From Obrimoposthia wandeli (taxonomy: Eukaryota), in contig CDROCS010002422.1 in NCBI GenBank assembly GCA_977020255.1, positions 1 to 64,000 of the forward strand: a DNA stretch of 64,000 nucleotides, in the 5' to 3' direction. Made by a program: the position numbers and the translations under genes. This document shows, in pieces, positions 8,367-17,923 of this stretch (its first letter is position 1; the number at the start of each line of letters is the position of its first letter). The notes under the pieces are model-generated. The model was given only the letters and a program-made list of their open reading frames with translations. It was not told where the DNA came from and searched no databases.

Positions 8367-9794
8367 CTATGCGTAGAAGATCTTACCTGGATTCATGATG
8401 TTCTGAGGATCAAGCGCTTTTTTAACGGCAAACATATAATTAACCGCAGCGCCGTGTTCAGCAAACATATACTTTGCCTTGCCTAAACCGATACCGTGCT
8501 CACCGGTACAAGTCCCTTCAAAACGCAGTGCCCTTGCCGCTAAACGATCTAAGAACTTCTCTACTTTTTTCTTATCTTCAATAGCATTTTCATCGAAGCT
8601 GACTAATACATGAAAGTTGCCATCGCCCGCGTGGCCTACAATTGGCCCGATAAGGCCACTGTCGATAATGTCTTGCTTCGTTTCAGTGACACACACCGCA
8701 AAGTTTGAAATAGGCACACAAACGTCAGTCGATAAATGTGCCATGCCAGGCGCTAAATCACACCCCGCCCAATAAGCATCATGTCTGGCTTTCCACAACA
8801 AGTTTCTATCTTCCGTTTTAGCCGCGGCTTTAAAATTATTACAGCCAAATTCAGAGGCGATATCTTTAAAGGTTTCTACCTGCTCAGCACAATGAACATC
8901 ACTGCCATGAAATTCAAGGAACAAGGTAGGCTTCACTTCTAAATCTAATTTTGAATAAGTATTACAAGCGCTAACTTGCACCTCATCAAGTAACTCAATT
9001 CTAGCAATCGGCACGCCGGTTTGAATGGTTAAGATTACCGTTTCGCAAGCTTGCTGAATACTGTCAAAACTACAAACAGCTGAGAGTATTTTCTCAGGAA
9101 TCCCGTACAATCTCACTGTTAACTCGGTGATTATTCCCAAAGTGCCTTCACTGCCAATCATCAATCTTGTGAGGTCATATCCTGCTGAAGACTTTTTAGC
9201 GCGCCCGCCTGTTTTAATAATTTCACCATTGGGCATCACGACTGTCATGTTAATCACGTTGTCACGCATTGTGCCGTAACGCACCGCGTTAGTGCCCGAT
9301 GCACGCGTTGCCGCCATACCTGCTAACGTCGCTTCAGCACCTGGATCTATAGGAAAAAAAAGGCCGCTATCGCGTAAGTAAATATTCAATTCTTGGCGGG
9401 TTAAGCCTGCCCCTACTGTTACATCTAAATCATCAGTATTTAATTGAATTACATGATTCATTTCTGATAAATCAATGCAAATACCCCCTTCTACCGCAGA
9501 TACCTGCCCTTCTAAAGAGCTACCTGCTCCAAACGGAATAATAGGTACCGCATGTTTAGCGCAAACTTTAACTATTTGAGAAACTTGCTCAGTAGAGCTG
9601 ACAAAGGCCACGGCATCGGGCGCCATACTCTCATGATAAGTAACTTCTCCACCGCCATGCTGGGCTCTAATGGCCGCTGATAAAACAAGTTTATCACCTA
9701 ACAGCAACTTCAGTTCTTGGATGGCTAAGCTCACTTCACCATAATTATTACTATATGATTTTAAAACATTATCTGTCATTAAATTTATATCCAA
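8367..9794 (-). CDS. FAD-linked oxidase (D-lactate / D-2-hydroxyacid dehydrogenase, GlcD-like)
   Basis: PFGAGSSLEG, FFPIDPGAEATLAGMAATRASGT, IGSEGTLGIIT, HAGDGNFH, GEHGIG, DPQNIMNPGK. Confidence 0.9.
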   Translation of the reverse strand: MDINLMTDNVLKSYSNNYGEVSLAIQELKLLLGDKLVLSAAIRAQHGGGEVTYHESMAPDAVAFVSSTEQVSQIVKVCAKHAVPIIPFGAGSSLEGQVSAVEGGICIDLSEMNHVIQLNTDDLDVTVGAGLTRQELNIYLRDSGLFFPIDPGAEATLAGMAATRASGTNAVRYGTMRDNVINMTVVMPNGEIIKTGGRAKKSSAGYDLTRLMIGSEGTLGIITELTVRLYGIPEKILSAVCSFDSIQQACETVILTIQTGVPIARIELLDEVQVSACNTYSKLDLEVKPTLFLEFHGSDVHCAEQVETFKDIASEFGCNNFKAAAKTEDRNLLWKARHDAYWAGCDLAPGMAHLSTDVCVPISNFAVCVTETKQDIIDSGLIGPIVGHAGDGNFHVLVSFDENAIEDKKKVEKFLDRLAARALRFEGTCTGEHGIGLGKAKYMFAEHGAAVNYMFAVKKALDPQNIMNPGKIFYA

Positions 9795-10312
9795 TTTTTA
9801 TTATAAACGGCAAGCACTAAGCAGTATTTCTAGCTTAAACAGCAGTAAAAGAATCTGTAGACTGTCCATCAAACTAGCCTAACATTTCTATTTCTTTTAG
9901 AAATTCCTACTAAAAAATAGCTAATTTTTTCAATTAGCGAAATACCCAGTTATGAAGAATCACGTACTCATTTAATTATTAAACGATACTCTTTATATAT
10001 TATTTTTCGCGTAATTAGTATCACTTTATAACAGGCGTCTTGAGTTTAAGAACAGTATCTTGATTGGAAAGTGCCATGAATTAACTGCCCTTTGCTTGTC
10101 GGCTTTACTGATGTAAATGAGAATTTTTTGCCAATTGTTAGCGCCGTATTGTTCAGCGCAGCTATCATGCTCTTCGGGTTAGTTACGCTGCAACCTCAAA
10201 TTAATCCAAAGATACCCGTGGATGTACAACCTTAATCTATGGGCACTTTTTCCTACATAATATGAAGCTATGTAGAGCATCAGTAATCGCTAAAACGTGC
10301 CTAAAGAAGCCA

Positions 10313-11254
10313 CTACCTTTGCTTAAATCGCAATATTTGCTCGCAAATAGACTGCAAGAGATGATTGGCTTCATCAGTTACGCCAATAGCGTGTATTGCC
10401 CCATGTACTAATCCTTTAATAACCATGCATTGGGCTTCTACAGCGCATTCTTGAAGGCGCTGGGTGTAAGATTGAGCATCATCTATTAGCGGATCATATT
10501 GCGCGGCAAAAATAGCGGCAGGTGGCAGCCCCACTAGTGACAGAGCCTGTAATGGGAACAGCGCTGCGAGCTGCGTATAGTCATAGCAATGAGGGATATA
10601 GCTTTGAAAACAAAATTCGATACCCTCACTAGAGAGTAAAGGCGCATCACTCAATAATTGATGTGAAGGCAAACTCAGGGGCAGCGCTAATGCAGGGTAA
10701 ATCAATATTTGAGCACTAGCTTGGGCCAATTTATCTGCTTGGCAGCGCAGCGTTAATGCTGCCATTAAATTTGCTCCAGCACTATCACCCATCAGCAAAG
10801 GTGTAATTCCTTGTTGAATTAATGCTTGATACACGTTGTAGCAATCGTTTAAACCAGCAGGGAATGGGTATTCAGGCGCTAGCCGATAATCAACAGATAT
10901 AACATTGACTTGGCATTTTTTTGCGACATCGGCACAAAAACTATCATGGCTGTTTAAACCACCCAGATACCAGCCGCCGCCGTGTGCATATAAAATAGTT
11001 GTTGCGCATTCGCTGTCTTTAGGTTTGGATTGAGATTCATTTTGAGGTAAATAACTGCGTGTTTTAACGCCGCTTATCTCTCGATCCGTGATATGTAAAG
11101 AGGCAGGGTTTTCTCGCGCTAAACTTGCGGTCATTGCATTGTATGCGTTGCGCTGTGCTTCTAAACCTTGCTTTATAACATCTTCAGGGAAGAAGCTTTC
11201 GCTGCGTTCTACAAAATACTGCATTTGAGGGCTTAAGTTATATTTATCATGCAT
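10313..11254 (-). CDS. Alpha/beta hydrolase, HSL/Aes family esterase
   Basis: HGGGW oxyanion motif, DYRLAPE, GDSAG nucleophile, DPL acid, HG. Confidence 0.9.
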   Translation of the reverse strand: MHDKYNLSPQMQYFVERSESFFPEDVIKQGLEAQRNAYNAMTASLARENPASLHITDREISGVKTRSYLPQNESQSKPKDSECATTILYAHGGGWYLGGLNSHDSFCADVAKKCQVNVISVDYRLAPEYPFPAGLNDCYNVYQALIQQGITPLLMGDSAGANLMAALTLRCQADKLAQASAQILIYPALALPLSLPSHQLLSDAPLLSSEGIEFCFQSYIPHCYDYTQLAALFPLQALSLVGLPPAAIFAAQYDPLIDDAQSYTQRLQECAVEAQCMVIKGLVHGAIHAIGVTDEANHLLQSICEQILRFKQR

Positions 11255-11386
11255 ATTGGGTTCTTGTAATAAAGTTTAGTGGCTTATAATAACGAGGAAA
11301 TAGAGTTTATATGTGTTAATCAGGTGTAAACATTAAGGATAATAATGAGCTACAACATAATGTGAAGTAGCTCAACTTTGGCAACA

Positions 11387-11406
11387 AGCGGTGAAGAATC
11401 ACCGCT
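11387..11406 (-). terminator. Hairpin downstream of the ABC binding-protein gene
   Basis: AGCGGTGA-agaa-TCACCGCT; a second hairpin GAGCTAC...GTAGCTC at 11347-11373. Confidence 0.45.
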
Positions 11407-11463
11407 GATAGAGCCACCTGCATTAGCAGTTAAACATTTAACCAAGAATGAAAACTGTAAAGG

Positions 11464-13050
11464 TTATGCTATCCAACAGCGAATAAGCGCGTAACCGTAA
11501 GATAATTCACCTGCAGGATCTTCGATATAGCCCGCGATCTTGCTAGATTTACCATCGATAAAATCATTAAACATTGGGATGATAGCCCCGCCGTCATCAC
11601 GCACCATTGTCGACATTTGCGTATAAACATCCTTGCGCTTAGCACGGTCAGTTTCAATACGCGCTTGGGCAAGTAGCGAATCAAAAGCAGGGCGTTTCCA
11701 TTTAGTGTCGTTCCAATCTGCTGTTGATTTATAAGCGACTGAATACATTTCATCTTGAGTATTACGGCCTCCCCAGTATGAAGCGCAAAATGGCTTTTTA
11801 TTCCAAATATTTGACCAATAGCCATCAGCAGGTTCACGCTGTACTTTAATATCAATACCTGCTTTCTTCGCTTGTTGGCTAAACATCAATGCCGCATCCA
11901 CAGCGCCTGCGAATGCTGCATCAGAAGAGCGCAAAACAATAGGGCCTGAGTGACCAGATTTTTTATAATGAAAAGCTGCTTTATCAAGATCGTAACTGCG
12001 TTGCTCAATCTCGGGATTAAATAAATCGTAGGCAGCGTTTATTGGATAATCATTACCGACAGTGCCGTAACCATGCAAAATACGCTTAACCATATCTTTA
12101 CGATCGATCGAATACTTAAGTGCTAAACGTAGATCAACATTGTCAAACGGTGCCGTATCAGTGTGCATGAGGAAAGTATAGTGCCCTCTTCCAGATGTGT
12201 TAACGACATCAACAGTGGGTAAGCGATCTAATAGCTTGGCAGTCGACGGTGAAATTCGGTTGATTAAATGTACTGCTCCAGATTGTAAAGCGGACATACG
12301 CGCAGTCTGATCGTTTAAAACGCGAATTTCGACGCTATCGGCGTGACCCACATCATCATTCCAGTATCCTGCAAATTTTTCACCTATGTGACGTATTCCC
12401 GGTTCATTGACCGTCACCTTGTAAGGGCCTGTTCCGATGCCTGCAACTGGGTCGTCAAAACCGCCGTTTGGCTGAATAACTAAATGGTAATCTGATAGCA
12501 AGTAAGGTAAATCGGCATTACCCTCTTTAAGTTCAACGACAACTTTATTACCGTCTGCAGATACAGAAACGATATCGCGCATGATACCTAGTGCACCAGA
12601 TTTAGTATCTTCACCGGAGTGGCGCTTGAGTGTTTGCACAACATCGTTGGCATCCATTTCTTTGCCGTTGTGAAACTGAACACCTTTACGCAGTGTGAAG
12701 GTCCAAGTCTTAGCACCGTTTGATGGCTCCCAAGACGTAGCAAGAAAAGGAACTGTTTCACCCGTCGGTGCTACTCCGACTAGTGTTTCACCCCATACTC
12801 GTAAAAAAGTAAAAGGTACTTGAGATGCAGATAGTGCAGGATCGAGGCTATCGGTGGAACTACCTCCTTGAAGACCTGCGATTATATGTCCACCTTTTTT
12901 AGGCTTTTCAGCGGCAAATACATTTTGGCTCAGTAAAGTAGTCGCTATGGGTGCTGCAACCCCTAAAGCGGTCGCTGTACGTAAAAAGTCGCGACGGCTT
13001 ACCTGGCCTTTTTGGGTACTAGAAAGAAACTCTTCTAAATCATTAGACAT
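11464..13050 (-). CDS. ABC transporter substrate-binding protein, family 5 (peptide/nickel-type), Tat signal
   Basis: SRRDFL twin-arginine signal; LATSWEPS...TWTFTLRKGVQFHNGK, GTGPY, VRLALKYSIDR-like segments; ATG 13050 preferred over 13125. Confidence 0.9.
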   Translation of the reverse strand: MSNDLEEFLSSTQKGQVSRRDFLRTATALGVAAPIATTLLSQNVFAAEKPKKGGHIIAGLQGGSSTDSLDPALSASQVPFTFLRVWGETLVGVAPTGETVPFLATSWEPSNGAKTWTFTLRKGVQFHNGKEMDANDVVQTLKRHSGEDTKSGALGIMRDIVSVSADGNKVVVELKEGNADLPYLLSDYHLVIQPNGGFDDPVAGIGTGPYKVTVNEPGIRHIGEKFAGYWNDDVGHADSVEIRVLNDQTARMSALQSGAVHLINRISPSTAKLLDRLPTVDVVNTSGRGHYTFLMHTDTAPFDNVDLRLALKYSIDRKDMVKRILHGYGTVGNDYPINAAYDLFNPEIEQRSYDLDKAAFHYKKSGHSGPIVLRSSDAAFAGAVDAALMFSQQAKKAGIDIKVQREPADGYWSNIWNKKPFCASYWGGRNTQDEMYSVAYKSTADWNDTKWKRPAFDSLLAQARIETDRAKRKDVYTQMSTMVRDDGGAIIPMFNDFIDGKSSKIAGYIEDPAGELSYGYALIRCWIA

Positions 13051-13454
13051 AACTAACCTCTGATATTTGTTGTATTTTTTGTTATAAATCGTCCTCATAA
13101 TGGCAAAATAGCTAAGTAATAGCAAAGAGGAATAGGGCCCACTGCAGATATTAGGTTGAAAAAACAGCTTTCTGGCATACTAAGTACTACTCAATTAACT
13201 TGATAAAGGCCTAGCCATTTAATTTTTCCTGCCCACATACATCCAAATAAAACCACTTTTTATACTGTGTTTTTTCGACATGAAACGTGCCTGTTTTTAT
13301 CGCGATTTTGAGGATGCTAATTTAAAAATATTTTTTAACCTAGATCTCACGATCTCGTAGTTATGAGGAACCAACCATTTCATTGCATAATGCAAACCAA
13401 TAATATTTTAGCCGAAATTAAATACAGTATTTAGCACTTTGCTACTTACTTTAT

Positions 13455-13482
13455 CATTGCTGTCCGGTTAAAAAATGTAAGC
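13455..13482 (+). mobile_element. Solo left end of MITE family A
   Basis: CATTGCTGTCCGGTTAAAAAATGTAAG matches the 57870 left end; the downstream sequence differs and no matching target duplication was found. Confidence 0.65.
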
Positions 13483-13988
13483 CCTCTAACTCCTAATAAA
13501 CCGTGTAAAATACCGTTATTTAAACATCCTAATTACACCGAAAATTTCTAATCAATAAAAGCTTATTACTAAACAGACAACTCATGGATAAATAGATGAA
13601 CTGCAAAGATTACACAGGGGTAACTAGTTCAAGATTTACTAAACACATTTGTAGCCGGCCAGAAAAGTTTAAACCGAGTGCCGTTAAGCGTGCCGCTTGC
13701 TTTTAAAAAGTCGGCGAATGAGTAAGAAAAAATCAGATAGAGCAACAAAAGTGTCCGGTTTAAACCGTTGACGTTACTAATGACAACAAGTAGCACAAAA
13801 TATAGGCTATGAATCGATTTTATAAACCTTATAATTTTATGAAATGGATCAAATATACTCAATTTACTCTATCCCGACAAACTTGCTACTTTTGATTAAT
13901 ATGCGCCTAAGCTCACAAAGTAAAAAAGTAGGAACTTGTATCTAGAAGCCCTGTCACAAGTTGCGGATTATAACAGGGCATCACTTAG

Positions 13989-14342
13989 ATGAAAAAGATC
14001 ACCTCATTGCTATTAATATTTTGCACCCAGTTTGTGCTGCTAGCAAACTTTGCTGTGGCTATTGATTATGCTCCTGCTAAACTTCCTGCTCAAATTGACT
14101 CTATCGTGATTGATATTGCTAGCCAAACAACAGGTCTCGATTCAATAAGCCTTCTAGCTTCAAGCAACACCTACAGCGCAGATACAACTGCGGCATCAGA
14201 AGATGCTGATCTTTGCCTACCAATGGGGATCGTTACTAACACTTGCTGCTATAACAGCCCAATACCTATCTTTAATGACCACAGTACCTTTTCAGCTATT
14301 ACTTGGCTTTCACCTCTTTCAATACGCCCTCCTGTAAGTTAA
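13989..14342 (+). CDS. Small secreted Cys-containing protein ending in IRPP (DUF2946/CzcI-like leader candidate)
   Basis: N-terminal hydrophobic signal, C-x8-CC cluster, C-terminal SPLSIRPPVS*. Confidence 0.5.
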   Translation: MKKITSLLLIFCTQFVLLANFAVAIDYAPAKLPAQIDSIVIDIASQTTGLDSISLLASSNTYSADTTAASEDADLCLPMGIVTNTCCYNSPIPIFNDHSTFSAITWLSPLSIRPPVS

Positions 14343-14458
14343 TAATTTACTTACTGCTGGCAGTTCGCAGCAACAAGTTATTTAGATAATTATTACTTCA
14401 CTAGAGGCACAACACATGAGTGCCTCAACCACTATTATGTTTTAAAAGAGTACTAAAA

Positions 14459-15400
14459 ATGAAAGTAAATACGCTGTCTTATTCAGAAACAGGGCTCATT
14501 GCATTTTTTCTCAGATTAGGATTAGGGGCCGTTTTTATCATTGGCGGGATATCGAAACTCAGCCTGTTATTAGATACCAGCACACACAATGCTATGGTTG
14601 CTAATTATATGTCAACTAGCGGTTACATTAATGAAATGTTTCAGCAATTTTTGTTCACCGGTACGCTAGGTAATTTAATAAGCCCCAGTAGTTTTTTAAT
14701 CAGTTTGTCTGTATTTGAATTACTCAGTGGCGTTGCTTTAGTGGTCGGTTTTATGGTGCGCCCGCTAAGCTTGATTTACGCTTTTCTGCTTTGGGCCTTT
14801 GTTATAGCACTGCCAACGATGACAGTACCTGGCATGGAAATTGGCGCCAAGACATACACGTCACCGGCAATATTCGTGCAGATTCGAGATATTGCATTGT
14901 CGGGAATGATGTTTGTTTTGTTTAATATTGGGGCTGGAGCAAACAGTATCGACGGGCGATTCATTAAAGAGAATACGACCATTAATTGGGAGGAGCTAGG
15001 GCTGCTGTTACGTCTGTCATTAGCCAGCGTGTTGATGGTAGGTGGCGCTTTTCAAGGTTATGCCAACATACAATCTTTCGGTGTTGAACCGCTATTATTA
15101 GTAGTAAGCGGTTTATTTTTGATCTTTGGTCCACAATCACTAGTAAAGTTAAGCGCTGTACTTGTGGCCGGGGTATTACTTTGGTTTATCGTGCAAAAAT
15201 TTAGTATTGATAAATCAATCATCAAAAACTTAAACGGATTTAAACGTGAGTTTGCCTTGCTCGGCGCTACAGCAGTACTAGCATTATTCGGCGGTGGGAG
15301 TCGTTTCACGGCGTTGGATTGTTTTAACCGCACTAAGAGTTACTTCGCCCGTTACTTTAAGACAAATACTGTCGATAGCGTTCAACCATCAGCATCTTAA
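14459..15400 (+). CDS. Membrane protein with two DoxX-like repeats
   Basis: Repeat 1 FFLRLGLGAVFIIGGISK...QIRDIAL; repeat 2 LLLRLSLASVLMVGG...FKREFAL; ATG 14459 preferred over 14420. Confidence 0.7.
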   Translation: MKVNTLSYSETGLIAFFLRLGLGAVFIIGGISKLSLLLDTSTHNAMVANYMSTSGYINEMFQQFLFTGTLGNLISPSSFLISLSVFELLSGVALVVGFMVRPLSLIYAFLLWAFVIALPTMTVPGMEIGAKTYTSPAIFVQIRDIALSGMMFVLFNIGAGANSIDGRFIKENTTINWEELGLLLRLSLASVLMVGGAFQGYANIQSFGVEPLLLVVSGLFLIFGPQSLVKLSAVLVAGVLLWFIVQKFSIDKSIIKNLNGFKREFALLGATAVLALFGGGSRFTALDCFNRTKSYFARYFKTNTVDSVQPSAS

Positions 15401-15473
15401 CCTAAGCACTATGAACTGGGTGAGTTTCATTAAATAATCAATTCTACGTTAAAAGTAGCATTGAAAACTAACA

Positions 15474-15500
15474 AGCGCAGCATAGGCTGCGCTATTTTTT
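15474..15500 (+). terminator. Rho-independent terminator after the DoxX gene
   Basis: AGCGCAGC-atag-GCTGCGCT followed by a T run. Confidence 0.8.
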
Positions 15501-15822
15501 TGGAGTTACGATTCTCCATTAAATTTTATAAGCTTGGAGTTCCCAGAAAACGGTGGGGGAATCCTCACAAAGATAGAACAGATAAACCCTCACAACAAAC
15601 TTGTTCCCTATTTCTAGGTTATCAAGAAATATAATTAATTATTTTTGACCTCGCCTTATTGACGATTTTGAATTTCTATATACCGGCAAAATATATTATT
15701 TATCTTAGTGGTATGCCCTACAAATGTGATAGTTTTAAATAGCGCCTATGGCATATTCGTTAGCTAATTTTACAGGGTGTGAAATTCAATGAAGTTTTTA
15801 CTTGGTCTAATTAAGAGATTGA

Positions 15823-17043
15823 ATGAACATGCTCATTTTCAAATTTATTGCGAATAACGCCCGCTGGCTTTTGGGCGGTTTTTTACTGACCTTCTTTTCC
15901 TCCTTTGGACAAACATTTTTCATCTCTCTTTCAGCTGGTGATATTCGCAGCGAATATAATTTAAGCCATGGTGATTTCGGCTTGCTTTATATGATCGCGA
16001 CATTGGCCAGCGCACTGACGCTGCCATGGTTGGGAAAAATTGTCGATCGATTTTCACCAAGCCAAGTGGCTTTGATCATCATGCCATTACTGGCCCTTGG
16101 TGCATTAGGTATGGCACTTTCCACACACATAGCGGCCTTAGTATTCTCCATTTATATGCTGCGCCTATTTGGCCAAGGCATGATGACGCAAAATGCCTTG
16201 ACGGCCACCGCCCGCTGGTTTTCTGCGAACAGAGGTAGAGCAGTCTCGCTCGTGACACTTGGCCAAAGTGTTGGCGAGGCATTGTTTCCGTTCCTCTTCG
16301 TTGGTGTTGCCGCCGTTATTGGCTGGCGCAATAGCTGGATCGCATTTGCGGTTCTGCTCATTTTCATTGCGCTGCCTGCCATCTTTGGTTTGCTGTCTAA
16401 GGAGCGTGCAAAGCAGCTTTCAGATCCAAAGCTGAAAGCTTCAGCTCAGCGAGATTGGACACGCAGTGAAGTAGTGCGTGATCCTTGGTTTTGGGTATTA
16501 CTTAGTGGTATATTAGCGCCGCCTGTAATCGGCACCACTATCTTTTTTCATCAAATTTATCTGGTTGAATTACGCGAATGGTCGCTCACTGTCTTCGCTT
16601 CTGCATTCTCTGTTATGGCCTGCTCGACCATTATCTTCGCGTTGATTACCGGCTATTTAGTTGATCGATTCTCTGCCGTTGCTTTGCTGCCAATTTTCCT
16701 TATACCGCTGGCACTTTCTTGCTTCGTGATTGGTACTATAGAAGCCACATGGGCGCCATTCTTATTCATGACTTTGCTGGGTATTTCTTATGGGTTTTCA
16801 TCAACGCTGGTAGGTGCCATTTGGCCGGAAATTTATGGTACGAAGCACTTAGGCTCAATTCGCGCACTTATCGTTTCTATCATGGTATTTGGTACGGCAG
16901 CAGGACCAGGACTTACCGGATGGCTAATCGATAGCGGAGTTGATTATCCAAAACAAATAACGGCGATGGGAGTTTACTGTCTCTTTGCCTGCTTTGGCTT
17001 ATTTCTCGCCTCGCGCCATTTACCGGCGAGACACAAAACTTAG
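15823..17043 (+). CDS. MFS transporter
   Basis: About 12 hydrophobic segments; motif A-like LGKIVDRFS and GYLVDRFS. Confidence 0.9.
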   Translation: MNMLIFKFIANNARWLLGGFLLTFFSSFGQTFFISLSAGDIRSEYNLSHGDFGLLYMIATLASALTLPWLGKIVDRFSPSQVALIIMPLLALGALGMALSTHIAALVFSIYMLRLFGQGMMTQNALTATARWFSANRGRAVSLVTLGQSVGEALFPFLFVGVAAVIGWRNSWIAFAVLLIFIALPAIFGLLSKERAKQLSDPKLKASAQRDWTRSEVVRDPWFWVLLSGILAPPVIGTTIFFHQIYLVELREWSLTVFASAFSVMACSTIIFALITGYLVDRFSAVALLPIFLIPLALSCFVIGTIEATWAPFLFMTLLGISYGFSSTLVGAIWPEIYGTKHLGSIRALIVSIMVFGTAAGPGLTGWLIDSGVDYPKQITAMGVYCLFACFGLFLASRHLPARHKT

Positions 17044-17090
17044 TACTAAGCCGTTATATCGTTTTATGTTGGTTTTACGTAAATCCACTA

Positions 17091-17294
17091 TTATACTGCG
17101 ATTTTTTTACTTGCTGCCATGCTTCCTTCAATGAAATTAATCGCTTTGCTTACACCGTCTTCAGCTTGGATTTTTTTACCTAAAACGGTCGCTGCCTGTT
17201 GAATATCACCATCCGTCTTTGCTTTACAAATAGCATCTGATACTTTTGCTCCTTGATCTTTTTTTGAGAGGACAATTTTGGAATCATCCCATAA
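17091..17294 (-). pseudogene. 3' remnant of a GT1-family (sterol/flavonoid-type) glycosyltransferase
   Basis: Start-less 67-codon frame ...AATVLGKKIQAEDGVSKAINFIE...* preceded by TAG; resembles the GT1 C-terminal helix LGEKIRAEDGV. Confidence 0.55.
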
Positions 17295-17605
17295 CTAACT
17301 ATTAAACTAAATATGCTATAACTCAGCTGTATTTAAATTGCCAATAAGTTAAAATTAAAATTCAGGTAGAAAATAATAAAACGCTATATAATATGAATAA
17401 CTAAAGGGAAGTTTAGCTGATGCCCTCTATATTATTTCATACAGTACTTATATGATTTTTCAGCATAATTGCTGCACCCAATATCCAATTATTTCAGCAG
17501 CATAAACTGAAGCAGCTTATCATCTGTTAAACAATTCACCCCACTATTTATGATTTTTAAAATAATGTACATGTTCAACAAGGTACCGCTTTTTTCACCA
17601 TAAGC

Positions 17606-17775
17606 CATTACTATCCGGTTAAAGTGTAAGCTCTGTAACCGATTGATTTGTAATTTTCTAGCATAGGTAATTAGATTTTTTTAGCCGAATAATACTTGTG
17701 GTTAACGTGAAATCAATCTGTTACAGAACAGAACAGAACAGAACAGAACAAAAAAAATCAAACCGGACACTAATG
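17606..17775 (+). mobile_element. MITE family A copy with internal (ACAGA)n expansion
   Basis: Ends CATTACTATCCGGTTAA / AAACCGGACACTAATG; flanks ACCATAAGC / ACCACAAGC; (ACAGA)5.6 at 17723-17750. Confidence 0.85.
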
Positions 17776-17923
17776 ACCACAAGCAAGGAAAGCAGTAGGA
17801 AATTTCCCAATTGCACATTATTTGCTCGGTTTGTAATAATAAGATAATACTCAATTAGACAATTTGATTCACTGCCTGCAATAGCGACGTTTTATATGTT
17901 AAAAAACAAAAGGGACTGTAATA

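Noticed and set aside
10086-10235. Start-less 49-codon frame with a hydrophobic helix (possible transporter tail)
   Set aside because: Too short, with no diagnostic motif to assign by eye
13629-13862. 77-aa minus-strand ORF containing a GTGTCCGGTTTAAA match to the MITE end
   Set aside because: No family features, no second end and no target duplication
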